Below, one piece after another: positions 13,847 through 27,656 of a DNA stretch of 64,000 bases (positions are counted from its first letter, which is position 1; each line of letters starts with the position of its first letter). The stretch lies in assembly GCA_964016885.1 (NCBI GenBank), contig OZ024744.1, positions 68,820,001 through 68,884,000 on the forward strand, read 5' to 3'. The translations under genes were made by a program, and so were the position numbers. Below the pieces are notes generated by a model. That model did no database searches. It was not told the origin of the DNA and was given only the letters and a program-made list of their open reading frames with translations. Source of the stretch: Eledone cirrhosa. Its lineage: Eukaryota.

Positions 13847-15320
13847 CTAGCAGAAAACCGCCCCTCTGGTGGTTTTCTGCTAGTATATATATATATTACA
13901 CACACAGAAATGTATATATATTTCTGTGTGTATATATATATTACACACACATAAATGTATATATATTTCTGTGTGTGTATATATATATATATTACACACA
14001 CACAGAAATGTATATGTTTCTGTAGCACTCCTCAATCCCCCCCTCTCCCTCCCGCTATCCCCCTCTCGTAGTCTGTCTCTTTCTTTCACTCTCACTCTCT
14101 CTCTACGCGTGCGCAAAAAACATTCGCACGCGCGTACGTGTTTCCACTGTCGGACAGACAGACAAACAGAGAAATTGCTGGTTATATATTATAAGGAGAC
14201 TAGCAGAAAACCACCCGGTGGGCGGTTTTCTGCTAGCAAATCTAGTGTATATACTGATATTGTTGAGATTTGGATGAGAAATGTTTTCGGCACCACATGT
14301 TCACCGTCTCTCGGTGTGTCTTTTATGCATGTATAAATATATATGTTATCTATACGGTGAAATCTTTGAAATAAATATATGTTAAAACGAAAAAGGAGAA
14401 AATAAATAACTGGCGGTTAGAAAAAAATATTCCTATGAAATTTTAATCATACCATTAGGTGTGAATAAGGAAATATTTTGTTATTGTCAAAACAAATGTT
14501 CAAAAGTTAAACTTCAATTTTTTGAATTATTTCCAATTTTTTCATGAAATTGAACACTGGACATTGGCTGCTGGAAATGGAAATTAAATCGTATTTAATT
14601 GTATTTAAATTTCTAACCTTATTTTATTATTTATATTTTTTCAATAAGAAATAAAAAAAAAAAATTAAAAAAATTGAAGAAAAAAATTGAACAAATCAAA
14701 CGTAGGTTATGGAACTGCGCAATCTGATTAATAAATTACCTCATCAGCAGCAACCTTCTTCAAATGGTCCTTATTATCAGCAGCAACAACCACAAATTCA
14801 ATGGCAACCTTCTTCAAACCACAAATTCAATGGCAACCTTCTTCGCATGGTGTCAAGTCAGAACCGCCTCGAACTGGTTACTTCTGGCTTGTGCAAGGTG
14901 TGTCTATAGCAACCAGCGATTCCCTCGGCCTCAGTGACCAAAGTCAGTGGAGAGGGAAGGTAAAATTTCTGTAGCACGTGTTTTAGCGTCTACTCACTCT
15001 CTCTCTCTCTCCCTCTCTCCCATCCCGCTATCCCCCTCTCGTAGTCTGTCTCTTTCTTTCACTCTCACTCTTTCTCTACGCACGTGTTTCAACTGTCGGA
15101 CAGACAGACAGAGAAATTGCTGGTTATATATATAAGTAGATAAATAAAACAGTGATATAAACAGGTACTAAACTTTCGTTGAGTTCTGGGCCCCAATTTC
15201 ATCAGCGTGTCATAAGAAAAATGAAAATCATTTTTCAATTTTCTCATGACAGGCTGAACAACTTTGGGCCAAGACCCAACGAAACTTGAGTACCTGTTTA
15301 TGTTACTGTTGTATTTATTT

Positions 15321-15424
<104 letters not shown>

Positions 15425-15725
15425 GAGAAAAAAATGTTGTATCATGCTGCTATTTCTAGTAACATGAAATATCAACGAGTCTATTATTCCTGCTCTTTCT
15501 AACGGCCCATTTGTGTGGTGGTCATTTTAACGGCTTGATTCATTCACCGGGCAGAAAGCGACACATCCACATCTACGTGGATTTATATCTAGTAGGTTTG
15601 GAAAAGCTATCTGAAGAGCTATATCTTTCCATTGGAAATTCTCTGAATTTCCAATCTTAGAAGAGGTAAATATTTAAATCTTATTTTAATTTATTTAAAA
15701 GATTGTTTAATGTTTACTTGTTCCA

Positions 15726-15799
<74 letters not shown>

Positions 15800-16302
15800 C
15801 AAAAAGGTTATGAAACGAAAGGAGCTGTGTGGTTACTAAAAACAATGTTTCGGATGGTGGTTAGGATGGAACAGGAGGAGAAAGGAAGAAATGAGTTTCC
15901 ATCGTCAGCTGTAAATGTTATCCCGAACCGATGTTTCGGCGCTGAATTTCAGGACATCGGTGTAGTTCGGGTGCGCCCGAGGCCTCTTATTAATCAAAAG
16001 GCTAGGTGGAAAAGGAGAGAGAAAGAGGGAAGAAAAGGGGAGAGAAAAGGAAAGAGAGGGAAAGGAGAAAGAACAGGGGGGTGAGGAGAGAGGAAGAAGG
16101 GGAAAAATAGGAAAGGAATAGAAGAAAAAAGTGTACAGATCCCATCGTGGGAAGACACAGGTGAAAGAAACATGCAAAAAAGTAACCGTGGAAAAATATA
16201 TGTATATATATATATATATCGTAATAAGAATAAATGTGAATACTAAATTCCGAAGAGGGCTCTATCAGGGCAATAAATATATCAAAATATATAAAACAAT
16301 AT

Positions 16303-16627
16303 ATCTAAAAGAGAGAATGTCTGTTTGTTTGTCGGTCTATCTGTCTGACTCCCTAAAACTCGAGAACCACCCAACCAATTGTTTTCAAACTTTACACATG
16401 TAATACTTATGGTCCTGTGAGTATTTTGCGAAAAAAATATTCCAAGTTTTCAATGCCCTAGGGACCGCATTTAGCGATTTAGCGATCTCTCTCTATAATT
16501 CTTAGACTTTCTTTTCAGATAGATACATAGATATAACGTTGCGCCCTTATAATATCTGTCTGTATGTCTGGCTGTCTGCATTACGGCATTATGACACTAT
16601 ATGTGTGTGTGTATATATGTATATATA

Positions 16628-16688
<61 letters not shown>

Positions 16689-16735
16689 TATAGTCTGTAA
16701 CGTTTTTCGAAATATTTACTTCTGCGTTCACAGAT
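16303..16735 (+). mobile_element. Homolog of the 13490-13846 Helitron-like element
   Basis: Shared blocks such as CAATGCCCT.GGGACCGCATT..GCGATTTAGCGATCTCTCTCT and GCGCCCTTATAATATCTGTCTGTATG. Confidence 0.55.
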
Positions 16736-17028
16736 TGATTTTTTTTAGTTTCAGAAGATCCCGTTGAGGGTGAAAGCAACGATTCTTTGCTTAAACTTTA
16801 ATCTGTTATTTTAATAAATATATATATATATATATTATTTGTGTGACCCGAATTTTCCTGGTCGTTTTTCCGGCTGTGCGAATGATTTTAAGCATTGTCT
16901 CTATGTGTTGGTATTTAAACGATAGTTATAGCTCTGGTTTACCCAAACTATTGAGCCCTCTGCCACACATTTCGAAGATTGTGTTTCGTGATTTCGTGGG
17001 CCGAGATTCCGATTCTCGATTATTTATT

Positions 17029-17061
<33 letters not shown>

Positions 17062-17066
<5 letters not shown>

Positions 17067-17331
17067 TAAAATAGATGTTCTTTTGATCAATTACATTTTA
17101 TTATACATATTTCGGATGTACAACAGTACGTCCTCATCAGACAAAATATAATGATACATGACATACCTGAGATGTTAAATGGTTAAGATTTAATCAAGGT
17201 AAATCTTAACCATTGAACATCTCAGGGTATGTCATGTATTATTATATTTTGTCTGATGAGGACGTACTGTTGTACATCCGAAATATGTATAATAAAATGT
17301 AATTGATCAAAAGAACATCTATTTTATTAAT
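17062..17331. ncRNA. Foldback element with a minimal hammerhead ribozyme core on each strand (Penelope pLTR-like)
   Basis: ~130-bp inverted arms; core CTGATGA-GGACGTAC.TGTT.GTACATCC-GAAA-TATG-TA at ~17253-17290. Confidence 0.65.
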
Positions 17332-17548
17332 ACTTATATTTTAATAACTCATGGAAATTTTTAAACGTTGAGTGCTTCCAATCTACTGTAAAACTCATTC
17401 TTTGACATAATCATTGAATATTGTTTAACAATTTATTTTATCGACCCCTTTCATCCTTACGGGGTCGATAAAATAAAGTACCAGTAATGCACTGGGTAAT
17501 TGCTGGCCTTGTGCCTAAAGTAGAAACAATTGTTTAACAACTTAATAC

Positions 17549-17620
<72 letters not shown>

Positions 17621-17685
17621 ATATATATTTATATATGTATCTATATATATACACACACACACACGCACACACGCACACACATACA

Positions 17686-17729
<44 letters not shown>

Positions 17730-18208
17730 CCTCTATGTATATAGAGATAGATAGATATGACATATATATATATATATATATATTTATATAGGCATATTAT
17801 TTCCTCTTTCTTTCCTTTTGTACACACACACATACGTAAATATATATTTATAATCTATATATCTATATATATATACATTAATATATGTCTCTGTGTGTGT
17901 GTGTGTCTCTGTGTGTGTGTGTCTGTGTGTGTGTGTGTATTTGTGCGTGTGTGTGTGTGTATTTGTGCGTGTGTATGCGTATGCAACGCAGATCGACCCA
18001 CCCAAAATGCTTTAGTTTGATATAATCCCCAACTGTTAGCATTACGGTTATTTTCCGTTTGCTCTGTAATTTTCCATCATTTCCGTCTGTATCTGAAAGC
18101 GGGTATGTAACTATTATAACTGTTGGCATCACTCTACGCACATATGTGTATGTGCGTATATGCATGCATTATAGAACATACACTGACACACACACACACA
18201 CACACATG

Positions 18209-18282
<74 letters not shown>

Positions 18283-18283
18283 A

Positions 18284-18331
<48 letters not shown>

Positions 18332-18436
18332 ATGACCCCGACGGCAGAGCTCAAGCCGTTTCGACGGGTACTTCTGGAGCGAAATAGCCGTCCAGAAATA
18401 GCCCTCGAAACGGCTCGAGCTCTGCCGTCGGGGTCA
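18332..18436. repeat. Palindromic element (GACCCCGACGGCAGAGCTC..GAGCTCTGCCGTCGGGGTC), Penelope pLTR-like
   Basis: Direct inverted repeat; a related half-site lies at 181-210; the adjoining tail 18443-18530 recurs at 51812-51900. Confidence 0.6.
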
Positions 18437-18561
18437 TACACTTTCCTATTACCCACTCTACTACCCTAAGTATTGAGTACTCTGGTGCGTTATGCTCCAC
18501 CTGGTTCCTTGCCACAACTCCTTCGTTATATATATTCATTTATTAAAATCCCGCCTAAATT

Positions 18562-18655
18562 AACTTTGCCTTTCATCCTTACGGGGTCGATAAAATAAAG
18601 TACCAGTAATGTACTGGTTAATTGCTGGCCTTGTGCCAAAAGTAGAAACAATTAT
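18562..18655 (+). mobile_element. 5'-truncated tRNA-SINE fragment
   Basis: Matches the central and 3' part of the SINE at 11476-11667. Confidence 0.75.
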
Positions 18656-18690
18656 TTATATATATATATACATACAAACGTACACACATG

Positions 18691-18724
<34 letters not shown>

Positions 18725-18800
18725 GCATTTATTACATGCATTCAAGTGTGTATGTATATTAGTATTTATATACTTATATATGTATGTAAGAATCTATGTT

Positions 18801-18832
<32 letters not shown>

Positions 18833-19032
18833 TGTATGTATGTATGTATGTATGTATGTATGTATGTATGTATGTATGTATGTATGTATGTATCTAAGTA
18901 TATATGTATGTATGTATCTAAGTATATAATGTATGTATGTAGGTAGGTATGTATTTATGCGTATATGTATGCAGATATGTATGTATCTAAGTATATATGT
19001 ATGTATATATATGTATATATATGTATATATAA

Positions 19033-19069
<37 letters not shown>

Positions 19070-19235
19070 TATGTATATATATATATAAATATATATATAT
19101 GTATATACATACATATATGTATATACATATATATGTATATATATATAAGTACATATATATATATGTATGCATAGATATGTGTGTGTGTTTGTGTATACAT
19201 ATATATAAAATGAAGTAATTCAAAAAGCACAGTAG

Positions 19236-19275
<40 letters not shown>

Positions 19276-19539
19276 TAAAGTATAGAAATTATTGTGAGCA
19301 AGAAGCCAACAGTATTTCATAATATATATAAGTGACTATAACGTCAAAATAGAAAAATAATTAACGTAAGATGTGGGAAAATAATTAACGTAAGATGTGG
19401 GAAAATAATTCAAACTCAATTAAAAAAATATATATATATATATATATATATGCAAAAGTTCTATTTAAATTGTTGGTATACAACAACCAAATATTTTATA
19501 ACTGATATAAAGCACTCAACAAATATTTGGAGTAAACAT

Positions 19540-19789
19540 ACGATATTAACAAATGTAAAATATTTTTATAAAACCATATTTATTTCATTATACATATTTC
19601 AAGGACACCAAGTTAAATTATGGTGTGCTTTCATCAGACAAAATATAAGGGTATGTCAATATTTATTTATAAAACTGATCTGTATATTTTGTCTGATGAA
19701 AGCACACCATAATTTAACTTGGTGTCCTTGAAATATGTATAATGAAATAAATATGGTTTTATAAATATAGTTTCCATTTGTTAATATCG

Positions 19790-19790
<1 letters not shown>
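19540..19790. ncRNA. Foldback element with hammerhead core
   Basis: Inverted arms; CTGATGA-AAGCACACCA..TGGTGTCCTT-GAAA-TATG-TA at ~19693-19740. Confidence 0.6.
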
Positions 19791-19839
<49 letters not shown>

Positions 19840-20791
19840 TCTGTTTGTACATCCAAGGTTGCTTAACTTATCTAATTCAAAATCGATTTAGCTAGCTGTC
19901 CTTCTATTTCGGTTTTATTTGAACTATTCAATGAGTCACTCAATAACTCATTCACTCAGATATTCCCTCCCTCTTTCATTCATTCACTCGTTCACTCATT
20001 CACTCATTCACACATTAACTCATTCACTCATTCACTATTTCACTCATTCATTCATGGGTGTCTCTGTCTACCTGTATAAACTCATCTTTTCGTTTGTCTC
20101 TCTCCTTCTCTCTGATTAACTATACATATGCGAGCGTGTGAGCATCTGTATGTATATTTCTGTATGTGTGTGTTGTGTTGTGGGGGAGGGGGTATGTAGG
20201 TGTTAGCGTGTCTGTGTGTGTGTTTGTGCGGTTATGTATGTTTATGTGTGGTTATGTATGTTTATGTGTACGTGTGTGTGTGCGTGTGTGTGTGTGTCTG
20301 TGTGTGCGTCTGTATGTATGTTTGATTGTAGGACGTGTATGTACGTGTATGTTTGTGTGTGTGTATGTTTGTTTCTATATGTATATGTTAGTGTGTATCT
20401 GCACTAACACTCGATCCCGTTTCTTTTCAAGGTTTATTTATACGCAAAATAAATATAATTCATTAGACTTTCGATAAATTCCCTTCAAAAGTTGCTGACA
20501 ATTTTTCAGTTGTTCTGAGTATTTGAAGCAATTTCGGACAGGTACATTCAACAAATTTAGAAGTTCATTTATCTTGAACGTCATAAAAATGTACAAATAT
20601 ATATATATTGTATTATTCAATCTAATATAAGATTTCACATAAAATTTACACTATTTTTTTTTCTGGTAAACATTCTGTCGTGAATAATTTATTAATTTAC
20701 ATCTGAATAAAATGTTTGCTTATAGCAAGCTACAACGTAACTTTTGACAGATATTATTACACAACACGCTTTAGTGTAATGGTAGTGTAGC

Positions 20792-20986
20792 CAGATCTGC
20801 CAAAACTCTAAAAACCCAAACGGTGAATACCATATAAAAAGTGCCTCAAAACGGGGAGAAATGAGGCAAAATGGGGAGTTTTTACATAATGAAAGCTATA
20901 CCCATTTTCACAAGAGAAGACATTTCTCACCCACCTCAAAGTGGGTGGGAGATCTCCCCGTCCAGCGAGAAGATTTGACAGGTCTG
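20792..20986. mobile_element. MITE with 12-bp TIRs (hAT-Blackjack-like termini)
   Basis: CAGATCTGCCAA ... TTGACAGGTCTG, flanked by the direct repeat TGTAGC on both sides. Confidence 0.6.
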
Positions 20987-21207
20987 TGTAGCTGTCCGGA
21001 ATACATCAGAAAAGAGTTCAATAATCACGCTTTCCCCACCCTTGGAGATTTATAAGCACGACACGATCGACTATATTTCATATTCAAAGCTAGAATATTT
21101 TCAAATTTCAAATGAGTTCAACATTTCGTAAAACGATTGATTCTAAACAAAATATTTGTTCTAGAAGTAACTTTTTCTAATATCTATTGCAGTGCTTAGA
21201 TGTACTC

Positions 21208-21281
<74 letters not shown>

Positions 21282-21574
21282 GGAATACTGTTGGCTTTTT
21301 GGTACAATATTCTCTATTTTCTATACCTTTCATTTATATATATATATGTATATATATATATAGAGAGAGAGTTTCTGAATTTGTTTAGCAAGATTCTTTA
21401 TCTGAAAACCTGTTGAAACCGATATTGTTATACTTTGGGAGGGTCATGTTGCCAATAACAAACACACGCACCAGTTGCTTTCACTTCAATTTATTATAAT
21501 AAATTTATAAATTTAGTAATTTATAAATTTCTGGTTGGTTGGTTGGTTCGACAACCAGATGATTGTTTATATAT

Positions 21575-21618
21575 TGTCAAAGTTCTTTCGTCACACATAG
21601 TGTAACCTCTTCAGTGAC
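21575..21618 (-). ncRNA. Minimal type I hammerhead ribozyme motif
   Basis: Minus strand GTCA-CTGAAGA-G-GTTACAC.TAT.GTGTGAC-GAAA-GAAC-TT-TGAC: stem I GTCA/TGAC, 7-bp stem II, intact core. Confidence 0.6.
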
Positions 21619-23414
21619 TGGGGATTCTTTTCTTTGTTTTTGTGCCTCTCTTTTGTTCTGTCCTACGCCATCTTGTATTTGTGTATATATATTGAGTAGT
21701 ACATCTAAGCACTGCAATAGATATTATGTTCAATACATTTGATTGTTTTGAACTTTATATTCCTGCTCCGTAAGGCATCTGATGTATTTACATTGTTCAT
21801 ACTGGTAATAAGGTGGCAAAAAATACAAAAAAAATACTGACCTTTCCTGTTTATAACTATATATAGTTTATATATAAGTATAAATAATATTATTATATAT
21901 ATATATATATACAGCTTCGATGATGCTGTACTAAATTTTGTATTATTATCTCCTAGAATTAACGATTAATTAATTAATTTAATTAGACAATTCTATTGAT
22001 TGGTTAATTGTTTATGTTTGTTTAATAACAACTAGTTGAGTGCTTTATTGGGTTTGTGTAAGGGAATTTATTCCTTTGTTCAAAATTTGAATTTGACCGC
22101 CAAAACCGGGGGTTACCTCCCTTCGGGAAAACCATGTGCCTACCAGCAGTGTTTACTGTTATTTAATCACAACCGAGCGGACAAGAACGAAAACTTGCTG
22201 ACGAAGTAAATTCCACTGTTCTATCTTCCAAAACCAATAACTTGTAGGCTCCTGCAAGTGGATTTTGTCGATTTCGGATTTGCAGAAACCTAGTGGAGAT
22301 ATTATATATTATATGTGATATATATTATATATTATATGTTATGTGTTATGTGTTATATATGGTATCAACGCGACGGTCTAGGTTTGTCATATTTTCCTGA
22401 GTTCAGTTTTTTCCGTCGCTTTGCTCACTGCGGTTCATCTATCGGTTGTTGTCTTCAATTTGCAAAGCTGTCTAAACGTAATGTTATAACTGTAGGGAAA
22501 TATACCTTATTGAGTGCTTAGCTGCACACCCCGACTGCATTCGTTAGCTTGGCTGCAACCAGAGCTCCGATTATGCTGTACTAAATTGTGTATATACATA
22601 TATATATATATATATATACAATATATAGAGAAACACACAGATACATGTAGACACACACATATACATGAATATATCCACACCCATCCCTGAGTTAATGGTG
22701 CCAACCTTAACTGATGTTGCTCTATGAATAACTGGGACAAACCAATCCGAATGGATTATACTGAACCAGTATCAGAGCTATAAAGTACATTATGAAGAGA
22801 GAAGAAACATTAGATATAATTAGTAATAAGATGTATCATACCTAAACTGCTTCTAAATTCCTCGACTACGTAGTTTTGTGGCATAATCAAAAACAATACA
22901 TCACAGCGATATAGAATTTTTGTGAGGTCTGCCGACTTATCAAGAGGATACCTCATTAAGGATTTCAAAACACATCTGTAAGATGCGAGATAGAATCCCG
23001 AAAGGCGGAGGGGGAGTCAATCACGTGATACAGCGGTCAAGAAACAGAGCTAAGTCTTTTATAACCCTATATATATATATATATATATATATAATAGAAT
23101 AATCGAGTATCGGAAAATCAGCTCATGAATTTACGATAAACAAATCCGACATGAGTGGCAGAGGGCTCAATAATTCAGATAAATCAGAGCTATAACTATC
23201 GTTAAAATACCAACACACAAAGATTATGCCTAAAATCACCCATGCAGCCGAAAAATAACGACCAGGAAGATTCGGGTCACTCAGATAAAATATCAATAAA
23301 TCAATAACTTATATGAATGTAAAAACTTACCCGGACCCACTAGAAAGATGGTAAATCTAGCTTCTTGGGTATATATATATATATATATATGTGTGTGTAT
23401 ATATATATATAAAT

Positions 23415-23512
23415 TCTGTTGATATGCAAATCTGGCTGATGAGTGGATCTGCTAATATGCAGATCTGACTGATCAGCCAATCTGCTAATATGCAAATCGG
23501 GCCGATCAGTCA
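23415..23512 (+). repeat. 3 x 33-bp tandem repeat containing the octamer ATGCAAAT
   Basis: TCTGYTRATATGCARATC.G.C.GAT.AG occurs three times. Confidence 0.75.
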
Positions 23513-23736
23513 CTGTGTATTTTCGAAAATAGCATATATTTTCACTATCTCTGACAGTTGGCTGGTGAACAGTCAGCTGTACTGATGAAGGGTATGCCCA
23601 AAAACATTAGTGTCTGCAGTACTGTTTACATGGAAACACAAGAGCAAGAATGAGGGGCTCATTCTACTGACATGGGTTTGAAAATGAGGCTTGTTTGCAT
23701 AATTGCAAACGAATCGAATATTATTATTAATATTCG

Positions 23737-24993
<1,257 letters not shown>

Positions 24994-25002
24994 TTATTAT
25001 TA

Positions 25003-25313
25003 TTGAAAGATGGGTGACAGAAGCAAGTATGGCCCGAATGAATGGGCATTCTCTGAGTATGTGTCTGTAAATTAAAGGTGGAAAACTGGGAGAGGGCACT
25101 TGCCCTGGTGGTCAGGGCCACTGTGGTCTTTTAATGGGCTTTCTCCACAAATGTCCCTCGGAAGTCTCCCCCCTATTGGGGAATTTTTCTTTGTTATTTT
25201 ATTTCATCCTCTGTTTTTTTTACACGCAGAAATGCCCATTTGTACCGTCCTGTATTGTCCTGTACTGTCCTTAATGTCTACTTTATGTAAACACTTGTGG
25301 TTAATAAAGAAAA

Positions 25314-25314
<1 letters not shown>
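25003..25314 (+). mobile_element. Severely 5'-truncated Tx1-type LINE (ORF2 end plus 3'UTR)
   Basis: Matches 31044-31361 and 45182-45492; AATAAA then (ATT)n; TTA repeats on both sides. Confidence 0.9.
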
Positions 25315-25344
<30 letters not shown>

Positions 25345-25559
25345 GAATGCCATGGTTGACGGAGGCTCGGCTCTGTAAGGTATAGTAATTTTTAACCGTT
25401 AAAACAATTGTAAATTGTTTAAAACTTGAACCAAATTGTTGATAAAGACACCCTCCTCCTCGTGAGAGGGGTCTTTCTGTCCGTTATTTGGCCCTTCGGG
25501 GTTAAATAACCAGTTATTGGGGTTTTGTACCCAAAATTTCATTTTAAACAAAAAACAAC

Positions 25560-27656
25560 ATGGCTACGAAAAAGAAATTTCATACGTCACTCCCACTCAT
25601 TCCGTCTTCTTCTTCCTCAATCATCACTACAGCAGAGAGAAGATTGTCTCTCTCCCTCCCTTCTTTAAATGTGTCTCTCTCCCTCCCTTCTCTTTCGCAA
25701 GTGACGAAAGAAAAGAAAAGTCTCGTGCAAAGCGTGCAAGGTTTCTCCACGACGACGACGACAGCGACGAAACAGGTGTGCGGGAAATACGAAAACCCAG
25801 TTCATTCGTCTGACGTCAGGAATAATAGCAGTAGCAGCCGTAATAACAACTGCAACAGTGACAATGAAAACAACAGTAGCAGCCGCAACAGCATCACCAG
25901 CAGCATAAACAACAACAGCATTAGCAGCAGCAACACCAACAACAACCACAGCAACAGCGGCGGAGGCAGTAGTCGTAGTACCTGCAGCAACAACAAAAGT
26001 ACCAGCAGCTCTGACGACAACAACAACAGCAGAGAAAAACCAATCTCATTTGCAGGTATTGCGAAAAACTTGGAAACAATCCTCATAACAAATGAGGAAT
26101 TAGAGGAAGCGAAGAAGATGGTGACAAAGACCGGACACCGAGCAATCTGCAAGGCAGCGGAAAAATTTTTCAAAACCCAAGAGCACTGTACGGTCACGTA
26201 CCGTACAGTAAGTACAAAATCCCGTAGGGTGGAAAGAGCCACAGAGGCCCAAATACAAAAAGCCTTGGGGTCTGTGTGGCAGCGGAAAACGCACATCACC
26301 CGAGGCAAAAAATATGCCACCGTAGACGTACTTTTTGCCACACCCCAGGAGGCAAAGGCCCAATCAGTAGTGACCCTAAGGAGCGAGGAAATGGTGTTGG
26401 TGCCCTCCTACTGTGGGCAAAAAATTGTGAGGGTCAAACTGACCCACGTCCCCCCCGGAATGACCCCTTCTTGGCTGGCCGCGTCTGTCCTCGTCGGAAT
26501 CGAGGACAAAACAACTGTACTGCAAGTACAGAAAAAAGTAAGAGAAGATTGGGTCGGCTCCTCCATTGAGATGCTAATCCAAACCAACCAGGAGTGCATC
26601 GAAGCTATCCCGGATGTGATAGACTTCGATAACGGCACTCAACTGCCCATAAGTGTTGAGGGCAAACGCCCGAAATGCTTTCGCTGTGGATCGAAGACTC
26701 ACCTCAGGGCCTTCTGCAACGAGAAGACCCTGAGAAAGGAGAAAACCCCCCTCCTTCCGAATCCGGCTCCACGGCTACCAGCAACAGGACAAGCGGCAAC
26801 CAGGAACGATAGGCCCGTGGCACCCATACCCACTCCACGGAAATCAAAAACAGCAGCAGCAGTGGAAATACTAACAACAACAACAGCAATACCAAATGCA
26901 GCTGCAACAGAGACTCCAGTGCAAACATCACCAACAACAACAAGTGAAAGAGTGGAGTTGGTACCCCTCCCCGACCTCACAGAATCAGACATGGAGTGTG
27001 AGGTGGGAGAGAGATGGCAAAAGGTCGTAAGAAGGCACAAACGCAGAAGCAGCGCATCGTCGCCTTTGAAAAGGGAGGAAAGAAATGAGAAAAGGGTAAA
27101 GTCTACTGCAAAGAGACCCACAGCAGCAACACCACCAACACCATCACCACCCACACTAGCGCCACCATCACCACCGGCGACAACCCCACCGCCAACAACA
27201 CCTTCAACACCACCACCACAAGCACCAACATCGCAAACACAACAACAAAACACACACACCCAGCAACAACGACAAGAAAATAGCAGAACCACACCCCACC
27301 CCCAGAAAAACAAATGCACGGCAATAAATACACACAACAAGAAACTAATGACTTACATAATTGAACACACAGACATTTCACAACAGGACTACATAATACC
27401 AGCACCAATCAAAACGCCAACTAACATAAGACTGCTAAAAATAGCACAGAAACAATACACAAATATTAAAACGAAATTCCCCAACGCAGTTGGTGATTTC
27501 AGGGACCTAGGAGGAACCATCAATCGAAGAGTATACTCAGACATTCTCTTAGAAGAGCCGACGACCAGGCGAAGGGACGATTCAACGGTCCCTTCACCAG
27601 ACGATCAAGTGAAAAGGGATGTAAAAACCATCCCTCCTCTACCAAAAGTACGGTAA
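25560..27656 (+). CDS. Tx1 ORF1 nucleic-acid-binding protein (698 aa)
   Basis: CCHC knuckle CFRCGSKTHLRAFC; low-complexity S/N N-terminus and P/T C-terminus; directly precedes ORF2. Confidence 0.88.
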   Translation: MATKKKFHTSLPLIPSSSSSIITTAERRLSLSLPSLNVSLSLPSLSQVTKEKKSLVQSVQGFSTTTTTATKQVCGKYENPVHSSDVRNNSSSSRNNNCNSDNENNSSSRNSITSSINNNSISSSNTNNNHSNSGGGSSRSTCSNNKSTSSSDDNNNSREKPISFAGIAKNLETILITNEELEEAKKMVTKTGHRAICKAAEKFFKTQEHCTVTYRTVSTKSRRVERATEAQIQKALGSVWQRKTHITRGKKYATVDVLFATPQEAKAQSVVTLRSEEMVLVPSYCGQKIVRVKLTHVPPGMTPSWLAASVLVGIEDKTTVLQVQKKVREDWVGSSIEMLIQTNQECIEAIPDVIDFDNGTQLPISVEGKRPKCFRCGSKTHLRAFCNEKTLRKEKTPLLPNPAPRLPATGQAATRNDRPVAPIPTPRKSKTAAAVEILTTTTAIPNAAATETPVQTSPTTTSERVELVPLPDLTESDMECEVGERWQKVVRRHKRRSSASSPLKREERNEKRVKSTAKRPTAATPPTPSPPTLAPPSPPATTPPPTTPSTPPPQAPTSQTQQQNTHTQQQRQENSRTTPHPQKNKCTAINTHNKKLMTYIIEHTDISQQDYIIPAPIKTPTNIRLLKIAQKQYTNIKTKFPNAVGDFRDLGGTINRRVYSDILLEEPTTRRRDDSTVPSPDDQVKRDVKTIPPLPKVR

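Noticed and set aside
25444-25512. HDV-like ribozyme in the Tx1 5'UTR (CCTCCTCGTG plus a UUCG hairpin)
   Set aside because: Could not build P1/P2 or the catalytic C..AA strand, and it is absent from copy 2. Two simple hairpins explain it.
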